Shown: positions 9,302 to 17,150 of the stretch, in pieces
How positions within the stretch are numbered: the first letter of the stretch is position 1
Layout of the letters: every line of letters starts with the position of its first letter
NCBI GenBank assembly: GCA_040389905.1
Contig: JAZJZK010000032.1
Location: 71,072 to 97,334, forward strand
DNA from: Gemmatimonadota bacterium
GTDB taxonomy: Bacteria; Gemmatimonadota; Gemmatimonadetes; Gemmatimonadales; Gemmatimonadaceae
DNA length: 26,263 bases
Direction of reading: 5' to 3'
Program-made: the position numbers and the translations under genes
Notes under the pieces: model-generated
What the model was told of the DNA's origin: nothing
Seen by the model: the letters and a program-made list of their open reading frames with translations, nothing else
Database searches by the model: none

Positions 9302-9344
9302 GAGGTGCAGGCCCTTCGCTTCGCTCAAGGGCGACAAAACGAGC
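9302..9344 (-). repeat. Family B REP-like repeat (TGTC..CC.GAGCGAAG..GA.GG..CTGCACC type)
   Basis: Reverse complement tgtcgcccttgagcgaagcgaagggcctgcacctc; tail gcgacaaaacgagc identical to 8328-8341. Confidence 0.8.
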
Positions 9345-9362
9345 ATGACGTCGCTGCACTCT

Positions 9363-9480
9363 GAGCCCCGGCGCCCAGCCCGAGCCCGGGCCCCGGCCTG
9401 CTGGCAAGCCCATGCCCAGGCCCTAGCCCAAGCCCGCGCCCAAGCCCGCGTTTGCAGCCCTGGCCCGAGCCCAAGCCCCG
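9363..9480. repeat. Degenerate hexamer tandem repeat (GCCCNN)n
   Basis: agcccg agcccg ggcccc ... agccca tgccca ggccct agccca agcccg cgccca agcccg ... ggcccg agccca agcccc. Confidence 0.8.
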
Positions 9481-9482
9481 TC

Positions 9483-10022
9483 TTACCGAGGCTCGCTGAT
9501 TACCCCATACGACACCGGGTCCTTGTCGAGCGGCCCCGCAAGAAACACCCGAGCCCCCACGAGCGTTCGCAGCGTGGGGGGCAGGTGGTCCACCGGCCAA
9601 CGCCGGCCGCTCGCGGAGATCAACAGGAACTTGTCTCCTTCACGCGCGATCACTCCGTCGTAGACCGGCACCCCGTCCGCCGCGCGGACGACGAACTTGT
9701 CCGCCTCGAACACCTTCAGGCCCATGGGGCTCGCGGTCATGCTGCGCAGGCGCGTGACGCGCCCAGCCAACATGACCTCCACCTTACCGAGGGCCTTGAG
9801 CCGGGCCACCTGCCCGCCGATTACGGCGTAGGGCTCGCTCTTGGCGGGCGTGATCACGACTTCGATTCCTGGCTCGCTGCCAACGAATGAGATCGTCCCG
9901 CGCACCGTGTCCACGGTCGACTGGACCGGAACCTCTCGATCATCGACCGAGGCTCGCGCGGCACTCTGGCATCCTGCCACTGCCACGATCACGACTAGGA
10001 ACAGAAGGTGTGTGTTTCTCAC
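9483..10022 (-). CDS. Hypothetical lipoprotein
   Basis: 179 aa; GTG start 18 nt after the stop of the upstream peptidase gene; lipobox VAVAGC; beta-rich sequence. Confidence 0.75.
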   Translation of the reverse strand: MRNTHLLFLVVIVAVAGCQSAARASVDDREVPVQSTVDTVRGTISFVGSEPGIEVVITPAKSEPYAVIGGQVARLKALGKVEVMLAGRVTRLRSMTASPMGLKVFEADKFVVRAADGVPVYDGVIAREGDKFLLISASGRRWPVDHLPPTLRTLVGARVFLAGPLDKDPVSYGVISEPR

Positions 10023-10040
10023 TTGGCGGAGCGTAGAGGC

Positions 10041-12602
10041 CTATTGGAGGCGCGCAATGGCGAGACGAAGATTGGGCGACGCGGTACCGCCACTGAGCGA
10101 GTGAACGTTGAGCAGCTGGTACAAGGCCAGTCCCGACAGTTCAAAGTATGCATTGGCCCCGCCGCGTAGTCCCGAGCGCTGTGCAGTGAATGCACCCATT
10201 GGCAGGGCGACGGGTGTGATGGGAAATGGCGTGGGGAAGGACGAGGACCAGTTCGGATCCGTATTCAGGCCCTGATAGATGCTGCGGAGATTCCACGTGG
10301 GAAACTGGATGTCCGCACTTGGCGACGCGAGCCCCGGATAGTCGTCCGCATACAGTGCGAGTGTCCACATCCCCAGCAGTTGCTCAGCGGGCACGCCTGC
10401 AACCGCGCTCAGATTGCTGAGCCCCGTCGCTCGCGAACTCACGAGTGCCGTCAGAAACGCCGCGTCCGACACACCGTAGCGATCGATCGCATACCGGACG
10501 AGTGACCACGTCGTCTGATAGAACACGCTGCCGCTCTGGCCAGCACCGTCTCCGTAAATGGACCACGTCCACGGTTGCTGCAGCTTGTTTCTGATTTCGT
10601 TGAAATGCCGGCGCATCCCGTACCCCGGGCGGCGAAGGGGATCCGCCGCATTGCAGGTGGTGTTTTCGGGATGGAAATCACAGAAGATTCCGTTGGTCGA
10701 CGCCGATCCGAACAACGTGTTTCCCTTCCACTGCACCTTGTGGACGTATTGACGCGTCCAGATTTCTTCCGCATGCCGGGCCGTTCCCTCCTCGAGCCAC
10801 GATTCCTCGAAACCAGCCCCATTTGCAACGCGGGCAGCGTGAGAGGCGATGTGCTTGACCTCATGCACAACTGTGCGACCCATGAAGATGAACCAACCGT
10901 CGGGATACGCGGTGCTCGAGAGGTTGCTTCCTCGCGATGTGGGCACTGTGCCGTAGAAGTTTTCGCCGAAATTCGATGCCCGGTACACGGTGGTCGGATA
11001 CTGATCGCATCCCGTGACGTACGCAGCCGAGCCAGAACTATTCACACGTTCGCTGAAGATCATGTTGACATGACCGTCGTTGTCCGTCACGGCATCGCGG
11101 CGCAGCGGGTCACCGAAATTGTTCGTCACGACGTCGTACTGGTCCTGGTCGAACATTGTGCCGAGGCGCTGGTAGAAGCCGGCGAGTGCAGGGTCGGTCG
11201 AGGAGACGAGGGTGTTCGTCGTATCCTCCCAGATGATGGCCTTCGTGCCCGCGTAGATGACCTTCCCGTAAATCTTGGTCGTGGTGTCGTTGCAGCCGCT
11301 CGAGAAGGTGTAGTAGAACCGCCGCGTGTCGCCGAGCACCGGTGCCGCCGACGCCACGGTTGCCGTTCGGTTCATGGGTGGCAGGAGCGACATGAGTCGC
11401 CGCCCTTCCGCCAGTATGGCCCGGTCTCGTTCGAGGTGCTCGAAGTGCGCCTTGTCGCGCGCGGCCTCGGCGCCGGCGGCGACCAGCGCGGCGGGCGTCG
11501 CCGGTTGCACGGGCGCGGCCAACGCCAGCGGACCACTCGCGGCACTGTTCCCCGTGATCTCGAAGTCCGCGAGCGTGTTCTCGGACTGCGCCATGCTGAA
11601 GACAGAGACGATGTAGCGCGCACTCGCCTGCGCGGGGGTCAGTTCGTTGCACGATACGTCCGTCAACACCAGCGCCTGACCGACGGCCAGCGTGCGCTGC
11701 GGTACGGACACGGTCGTCGGAAACACGAAGCCTTTCCTCTGGCTCGACGTGACCTGGATGTTCGCGGCCCCGCTCGACACGCAGGGGACCGTCACGGTCA
11801 GTTGGCTGGCGGTCGCGGTGATGACCGGTGCCGCGTATCCGCGGATCGATACCACGTCGTTCGCGGCGATGGCGTCGAAGTTGGCTCCGTTGATCGTCAG
11901 CACCGTGCCTGGCTGAAGCACGGTTGGCGAAATGGAGGTAATGATCGGGAGGACCGCGGGGGGGCCGCTGACGATCACCGTCGTGCTCCCGGTGACGCCT
12001 TCGCTGGTCGCGGAGATGAGCGCGCTCCCACCGCCGATCGCCGTGAGCTTGCCGGCGGCATCCACGCTGGCGACAGCAGGCGCACTCGTGGACCAACTGA
12101 CTGCGCGGTCGGTCAGGGACACCCCGTTTCGGTCCTTCGTGTCGGCGGAGAGTTGTACCACCTGGCCGGCCACCAGCGCTGCCGTCACCGGGCTGACGGC
12201 GATGCTCACGATGACCGCGGGGATGACGGTGAGCGTCGCAGCGGCGGACTTTCCTCCGCTCGAGGCGGAAATCGCGGCAGTCCCGGGTGACACCGCCGTG
12301 GCGACACCGGTGCTGGGATTCACGCTCGCAACGCCGGCGCTCGAGCTACTCCACACAACCGCCTGGCCGCTCATCGACGCGCCGAACTGGTCGCGCACGT
12401 CGGCCGAGAACGCGACGGTCGCGCCCGCCTCTGCGGTCGAGGCGGGTGGTGACACAACAATCGCGGTCACTACAGGCGACGACACAATGGGCAACACGGG
12501 CTCGCCGCTTCCACACGCCGCCGCAGCCACGATGCAAGCTATTGGTACTAAACGCCTTAGATAGCAGCCATCCTGAATCAGCCGTCCTAGCTGCGTAGCC
12601 AC
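10041..12602 (-). CDS. Second lipoprotein with Big_2 Ig-like x2, IPT/TIG and M30-like zinc metallopeptidase domains (start uncertain: GTG 12602, GTG 12608 or ATG 12794)
   Basis: Lipobox IVAAAAC; VVWSSSSAGVASVNP, VSWSTSAPAVASVDAAG; PIITSISPTVL..LTINGANF; HEVKH (10851-10865) then WLEEGTA; same architecture as 563..3145. Confidence 0.8.
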   Translation of the reverse strand: MATQLGRLIQDGCYLRRLVPIACIVAAAACGSGEPVLPIVSSPVVTAIVVSPPASTAEAGATVAFSADVRDQFGASMSGQAVVWSSSSAGVASVNPSTGVATAVSPGTAAISASSGGKSAAATLTVIPAVIVSIAVSPVTAALVAGQVVQLSADTKDRNGVSLTDRAVSWSTSAPAVASVDAAGKLTAIGGGSALISATSEGVTGSTTVIVSGPPAVLPIITSISPTVLQPGTVLTINGANFDAIAANDVVSIRGYAAPVITATASQLTVTVPCVSSGAANIQVTSSQRKGFVFPTTVSVPQRTLAVGQALVLTDVSCNELTPAQASARYIVSVFSMAQSENTLADFEITGNSAASGPLALAAPVQPATPAALVAAGAEAARDKAHFEHLERDRAILAEGRRLMSLLPPMNRTATVASAAPVLGDTRRFYYTFSSGCNDTTTKIYGKVIYAGTKAIIWEDTTNTLVSSTDPALAGFYQRLGTMFDQDQYDVVTNNFGDPLRRDAVTDNDGHVNMIFSERVNSSGSAAYVTGCDQYPTTVYRASNFGENFYGTVPTSRGSNLSSTAYPDGWFIFMGRTVVHEVKHIASHAARVANGAGFEESWLEEGTARHAEEIWTRQYVHKVQWKGNTLFGSASTNGIFCDFHPENTTCNAADPLRRPGYGMRRHFNEIRNKLQQPWTWSIYGDGAGQSGSVFYQTTWSLVRYAIDRYGVSDAAFLTALVSSRATGLSNLSAVAGVPAEQLLGMWTLALYADDYPGLASPSADIQFPTWNLRSIYQGLNTDPNWSSSFPTPFPITPVALPMGAFTAQRSGLRGGANAYFELSGLALYQLLNVHSLSGGTASPNLRLAIARLQ

Positions 12603-12610
12603 CGGCACGA

Positions 12611-12753
12611 GAACGCGGATTGAGCGGATGGAAGCGGATAACGTCGGATCAACCACAACGTGCTGTTGATCGGGTTTTGCTTCTCTTGAAATCCGCTCAA
12701 TCCGCGTTCGCGGCCGCGGCGCAGCAATCTCGCGAAGTGGCAGTTTCAGGACG
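12611..12753. repeat. Family C palindromic element (99-bp hairpin plus 3' tail)
   Basis: Perfect 19-bp IR gaacgcggattgagcggat (12611-12629) / atccgctcaatccgcgttc (12691-12709); inner gatcaac/gttgatc; 12673-12749 matches 20318-20393 at about 63/77 by hand alignment. Confidence 0.85.
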
Positions 12754-12790
12754 GAGCCTAGGTAGGTTACCGGAGTCATTGTGTGTGTGT

Positions 12791-13669
12791 TCATGTCGAC
12801 GGGCCGCGCAGCGCCCGAAGATACCGCTCTGGCGCGTTGAGGAAGTCGCGCGTCAGCGTCACGTGCTCCAGCTCATCGTAGACAACTGACTCAGCCGGCA
12901 CCCTGTCAAAGCTGTAAATCGTCGCGCCTGGAAACGCCAGCAAAATCGGAGAATGGGTCGCAATCACGAATTGCGCATTTTCGGCGATCATGTCCTGCAT
13001 CATCACCATCAACGCCAATTGGCTCTGCGGGCTCAGCGGTGCTTCCGGTTCGTCGAGCAGGTAGAGTCCGCCGGGGACGAAGCGGGACTGGAAGAGTTTG
13101 AGAAAGCTCTGCCCATGCGAGTTCGCGTCGAGGTCCACGCCATAGCGTCGCTCGAGCTCGCCGAGCGACGCGCGCGCCGGCCCCATGGCCAGGCCCTTTG
13201 CCCATGCGGATGCGTCCCGGTACTCGACCTCCAATTCCGCGATGCGCTGCTGGAACTCGGCGCGCATCGCGGACAGACGTTTCGTGAATCCGAAAAAGTC
13301 CTCGGCCCGAAGGAAGAAGCCGCGCGTCGAGCGCATGTTCCAGACGAGTTGCAGCGCACTCGCCAGCTTTCGCTGCTCGCCAAGGGTGGCATCCGAGGCC
13401 AGGTCGTCTGCACCCACGGCTGGCAGCTTGGCTGCGGCCGCGATCGCTTCCAGGAGCGTCGACTTGCCGGACCCATTCTCACCGACGAAAAAGGTGACGG
13501 GCGTCGGGAAAGACAGCGAGCTCAGCTCCCGGATCACCGGTACTGTGAACGGAAAGTGATGACTCCCTGCGCCGGGCTTCCGACGCACCTCTCGCAGTAA
13601 CGGTAGCCCCCGAACAAGCGTTTCGGACGCTTCCGGGGTATTGTGTACGAGAGGCTTTCGGCGCGGCAT
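12791..13669 (-). CDS. ABC-superfamily/AAA_21-type predicted ATPase (COG3910-like)
   Basis: PVTFFVGENGSGKST (Walker A), GFFLRAEDFF, SHGQSF (signature-like), LYLLDEPEAPLSP (Walker B), IATHSPILL; start at ATG 13669 avoids overlap with the divergent HD gene. Confidence 0.9.
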   Translation of the reverse strand: MPRRKPLVHNTPEASETLVRGLPLLREVRRKPGAGSHHFPFTVPVIRELSSLSFPTPVTFFVGENGSGKSTLLEAIAAAAKLPAVGADDLASDATLGEQRKLASALQLVWNMRSTRGFFLRAEDFFGFTKRLSAMRAEFQQRIAELEVEYRDASAWAKGLAMGPARASLGELERRYGVDLDANSHGQSFLKLFQSRFVPGGLYLLDEPEAPLSPQSQLALMVMMQDMIAENAQFVIATHSPILLAFPGATIYSFDRVPAESVVYDELEHVTLTRDFLNAPERYLRALRGPST

Positions 13670-13732
13670 TCTGCAATGCTGTGCGACTGACAGCGCTTCC
13701 CGCAATTGGCCGGCTCCCACCCACCCATCTGC

Positions 13733-14329
13733 ATGCTTCCTTCCCGAGACGACGCGCTCGCGCTGGTCCACGAGTACACCGCCAGCGAATCACTCCGAAA
13801 GCACATGTTGTCGGTGGAGGCGGCCATGCGCGCCTGCGCCGAACGTGCGGGCGAGGATGCCGAGCGTTGGGGCCTTGCCGGTCTCATTCATGACTTCGAC
13901 TACGAGCGCTTCCCGAACGCGGCCCACTCCCCGACCGACGAGCACCCGGTGGAAGGTGTCCGCATCCTGCGGGAACGCGGCTGGCCCGAGGACATTCTCG
14001 ATGCGATTCTGGGGCACGCGCAGTACTGCGGTGTGCCGCGCGTCACCCTGATGTCGAAGACGTTGTTCGCCGTGGATGAGTTGACCGGATTGATAACCGC
14101 GACGGCGCTCGTTCGTCCTTCTAAGAGTGTCCACGAGGTGGATGCGCGTTCCGTGCGGAAGAAGATGAAGGACAAGGCTTTCGCGCGCGGCGTGAGCCGT
14201 GAGGATGTCGTCCAAGGCGCCGAAGCGCTCGGTGTGGACCTGGACGAACACATCGCATTCGTCATCGCCGCAATGCAGCGCTCGGCGGAGACTCTTGGAC
14301 TGGCCGGTGTGGCTGCGCCGAGTGCCTAG
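13733..14329 (+). CDS. HD-domain (HDIG-like) phosphohydrolase
   Basis: LRKHMLSVEAAM, GLIHDFDYE, AILGH, LFAVDELTGLI, KKMKDKAFARGVSR. Confidence 0.9.
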   Translation: MLPSRDDALALVHEYTASESLRKHMLSVEAAMRACAERAGEDAERWGLAGLIHDFDYERFPNAAHSPTDEHPVEGVRILRERGWPEDILDAILGHAQYCGVPRVTLMSKTLFAVDELTGLITATALVRPSKSVHEVDARSVRKKMKDKAFARGVSREDVVQGAEALGVDLDEHIAFVIAAMQRSAETLGLAGVAAPSA

Positions 14330-14332
14330 GAC

Positions 14333-14362
14333 CCCAACGCTCCACCCCGGATGTCCGTAGAA
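14333..14362 (+). promoter_or_regulatory. Candidate ECF sigma promoter (autoregulatory)
   Basis: CCCAAC-N17-CGTA (AAC 14336-14338, CGTA 14356-14359) directly upstream of the ECF gene. Confidence 0.45.
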
Positions 14363-14426
14363 GGGATGACGTCACCCCACCGCTGGAACAATGCTCGCGA
14401 CTACCGCGCGTCTTACATCGTATACC

Positions 14427-14981
14427 ATGCCTTCGCCGGCTGAAGGCGCGATGTCCGAGCGCGCGATCGTGGTCGCCGCGCAGCGTGGGTCGAACGACGC
14501 GTTTTCGGCGCTCGTTCGCATTCACCAGCGGCGGGCGTACGCGATCGTCCGTGCCATCGTGCTCTCGCACGAAGATGCGGAGGATGCGGTGCAGGAAGGG
14601 TTTTTGCACGCGCATCGCGCGTTGGACCGGTTTCGTCCCGATCAGCCATTCGGGGCGTGGTTGTACCGGATCATGGCGAATGCCGCGCTCGATCTCGTGC
14701 GTCGCCGGAAGGTGCGTGTTGCGGAGGAGTTGCCGGAAACCATCCCGATGCCGTTCCGCGATCCGGCGGAATCGGGAGAACTTCGGGAGCGGCTGCAGGA
14801 AGCGTTGACACATCTCACGGACCGGCAGCGATCGGTCATCGTGATGCACGACGTTGAAGGGTTCACACACGGAGAAATCGGGCGAACGCTCGGTATCCCC
14901 GAGGGTACGGCACGATCGGATCTTCATCACGCCCGCACGGCATTACGGCGGCTTCTGCAGAATCTTCGGAGCACTTCATGA
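14427..14981 (+). CDS. ECF (sigma-70 family, sigma24-type) RNA polymerase sigma factor
   Basis: Region 2 DAEDAVQEGFL..FGAWLYRIMAN; region 4 LTDRQRSVIVMHDVEGFTHGEIGRTLGIPEGTARSDLHHAR; alternative starts 14391 or 14451. Confidence 0.95.
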   Translation: MPSPAEGAMSERAIVVAAQRGSNDAFSALVRIHQRRAYAIVRAIVLSHEDAEDAVQEGFLHAHRALDRFRPDQPFGAWLYRIMANAALDLVRRRKVRVAEELPETIPMPFRDPAESGELRERLQEALTHLTDRQRSVIVMHDVEGFTHGEIGRTLGIPEGTARSDLHHARTALRRLLQNLRSTS

Positions 14982-15343
14982 CGCATGACCGCTGGACCAA
15001 CGGGGACGCCGAGCTGACGAACGCATTGCGCGCGCTCTATGCCGCCCCCGCCGACGAGAGTTACTGGGAGGCGCTCGAATCGCGCATCATCGCGCACATC
15101 GCCGCCGCGGACGAGAGTGCCTCGTGGTGGTCGGAACTGGTCGAGATGGCTCGGCCGGGCCTGGCCGCGGCCGCCGCGCTGATTTTTGCCGCGAGTCTCG
15201 CCCTCGTGCACTCCCGTCAGGAAGAAGTGAGCAACGCGTACGGGAGCATCATCTCGCCGGCGCCCTCATCGATTGAAGCGTCCACGCGCGCAGCCTCGAT
15301 CGGCGATGGGGATGCGGCGGTTCACATTATTATCTCGCGTTAG
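14978..15343 (+). CDS. Putative anti-sigma factor, single transmembrane helix
   Basis: ATGA-coupled to the ECF gene; cytoplasmic helix APADESYWEALESRIIAHI then TM GLAAAAALIFAASLALV. Confidence 0.7.
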   Translation: MTHDRWTNGDAELTNALRALYAAPADESYWEALESRIIAHIAAADESASWWSELVEMARPGLAAAAALIFAASLALVHSRQEEVSNAYGSIISPAPSSIEASTRAASIGDGDAAVHIIISR

Positions 15344-15347
15344 ACCC

Positions 15348-15731
15348 ATGCAACGCCCCAAACAGCAAGCGCTCGCGTTTCTCCTCGGGGCCGTCCTCGT
15401 CGGCGGTGTCGTGGGCTTCGCCTCCGATCGTGTGTTTCGCAAGGAAGACACGTCGCTCGAGGCACGTCGCATCAAGATGTACGACGATCTCGGACTCGCG
15501 CCGGCGCAGCGCGCGACGCTCGATGCCGTCTTCGACGAATCCAACTGTCAGGTGGACGCGCTGTTCAAGCCGCTCCAGCCTGCGTACGACTCCATCAAGG
15601 CGGCACGCCGAGCCGCAATGAACGCCATCCTCACTCCCGAACAACGTACCCGTCTCGATGCCCGCCGGAAGTCCGAAGAAAGCCTTCGTGCTGCCGACCG
15701 TAATCGCATCAAGGCCGCCTGCCACAAGTAA
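15348..15731 (+). CDS. Membrane-anchored periplasmic Spy/CpxP-like helical protein
   Basis: N-terminal TM (ALAFLLGAVLVGGVVG); LGLAPAQR and ILTPEQR (LTxxQ-like motifs). Confidence 0.7.
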   Translation: MQRPKQQALAFLLGAVLVGGVVGFASDRVFRKEDTSLEARRIKMYDDLGLAPAQRATLDAVFDESNCQVDALFKPLQPAYDSIKAARRAAMNAILTPEQRTRLDARRKSEESLRAADRNRIKAACHK

Positions 15732-17059
15732 TGTCATCTACGACTCTTCGCGCGACCATCGCGCTGCTCGTCCTTCCCGCCGCGCTCTCAGCGCAATCTG
15801 CCCTCGACACCCTGAACGCCCGCCCCATCGCCCTGCGCGACGCCGTCGCGATGGCGCAGGAGAACGGTCTGTCCGCGATTCAGACGCGCGGCGCGGTCAA
15901 GAACGCCGTGTCGGCGGTCCGTACCGCGCGTGGCGCCTTGCTGCCCAGCCTCAGCATTTCACTCAGCCAGACGAATACCTCGGGTGACCAGCTCGATCCG
16001 ATCACCGGCGTCGTCACGCCGCGTCGTGCCACGCGCCCGTGGAACTACAGCACCGGCCTCAGCTCGAGCCTCAACCTGTTCGACGGCGGTCGCCGCCTGA
16101 ACGAGGTGAAACGAGCCCGCTTCGATGTCAGCGCGGCGGAGGCCAACGAAGTCAACACCAAGTACAATCTGGCCCTTCAGGTCAAGACGCAGTACTACGC
16201 CATTCTCGCTGCCCGCGAAGCCGAGTCAGCGGCGCAGGCGCAGCTCGAGCAGGCGAACGAACAGCTCAAGGCGTCCATCGCGCGCACGCGCGCCGGCGTC
16301 GCCACGCTGTCCGATTCACTGCGCTCCATCATCGCCGTCGGCAACGCACAACTCGCGCTCATCACCGCGCGGAACAACGTGCGCGTCGCCAGCGCGTCGC
16401 TCACGCGCATCATCGGGTCGGAAGCGCTGGTGACGGCGCAGCAGAGCGACACACTGGATCAAGGTCTGGCGCCGGTGGATAGTGGCTTCCTCGCCGGCCT
16501 GCTCGATCAGGGCCCTCAGGTCAAGGCGTCGGAGGCCCAGCTCGAGTCGGCGCGGTCGGCACTCAAGTCCGCCAAGACACCGTATTTGCCAACGGTGGAT
16601 CTCACCTTCTCCCACGGCGGTACGGCCAACAATCAGTTCTACGGCCTGAACGGCGACAACCTCGCCTTCTCGAACAGCTTCGGCCTGCGCCTGTCGTACA
16701 ATCTCTTCAACAATTTCACGCGCGAAGACGCGTTGTCGCGCGCGGGCGTCACGGCGGATCTCGCCGAGGCATCAGTGCGGGACATTCGCGCCGCGTCGCG
16801 ACAGACGCTCGTGCAGCAGCTCGCCGCACTTCGATCGGCGCAGCAGCGGATTCTCATTCAGCAGACCTCGCTGGACGCGGCGAAGGAAGATCTCCGCGTG
16901 CAACAGCAGCGTTATGCGCTCGGCGCGTCCACACTGCTCGATGTGTTGACGTCGCAGACTGCGCTCGACGCTGCACGCTCCTCGCTCATTCAGGCTCGTC
17001 AGGATGTCCGTGTCGCTCGCGCACAGCTCGAAGCGCTCGTCGGCCGCGACCTCCCGTAA
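15731..17059 (+). CDS. TolC family outer-membrane efflux protein
   Basis: Signal peptide; two OEP-like halves (LLPSLSIS..LNLFDGG; YLPTVDL..YNLFN); RYALGASTLLDVL; 1-nt TAATG overlap with the upstream gene. Confidence 0.92.
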   Translation: MSSTTLRATIALLVLPAALSAQSALDTLNARPIALRDAVAMAQENGLSAIQTRGAVKNAVSAVRTARGALLPSLSISLSQTNTSGDQLDPITGVVTPRRATRPWNYSTGLSSSLNLFDGGRRLNEVKRARFDVSAAEANEVNTKYNLALQVKTQYYAILAAREAESAAQAQLEQANEQLKASIARTRAGVATLSDSLRSIIAVGNAQLALITARNNVRVASASLTRIIGSEALVTAQQSDTLDQGLAPVDSGFLAGLLDQGPQVKASEAQLESARSALKSAKTPYLPTVDLTFSHGGTANNQFYGLNGDNLAFSNSFGLRLSYNLFNNFTREDALSRAGVTADLAEASVRDIRAASRQTLVQQLAALRSAQQRILIQQTSLDAAKEDLRVQQQRYALGASTLLDVLTSQTALDAARSSLIQARQDVRVARAQLEALVGRDLP

Positions 17060-17150
17060 CGTGAATATTTCTCAACACGCGCAGGATGCATCGCGCGCCC
17101 TTTCTCGCAATGCCAATCCGGCGCTGACCGTCTCTTACTCGTCTATCTCC

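Noticed and set aside
12791..13669. ATPase as the missing NBD of the MacB-like permease
   Set aside because: Opposite strand, SHGQ rather than LSGGQ signature, and COG3910-like rather than LolD/MacB-like
14385..14412. Alternative ECF promoter GGAAC...CGTC
   Set aside because: 19-nt spacer is too long for typical ECF promoters
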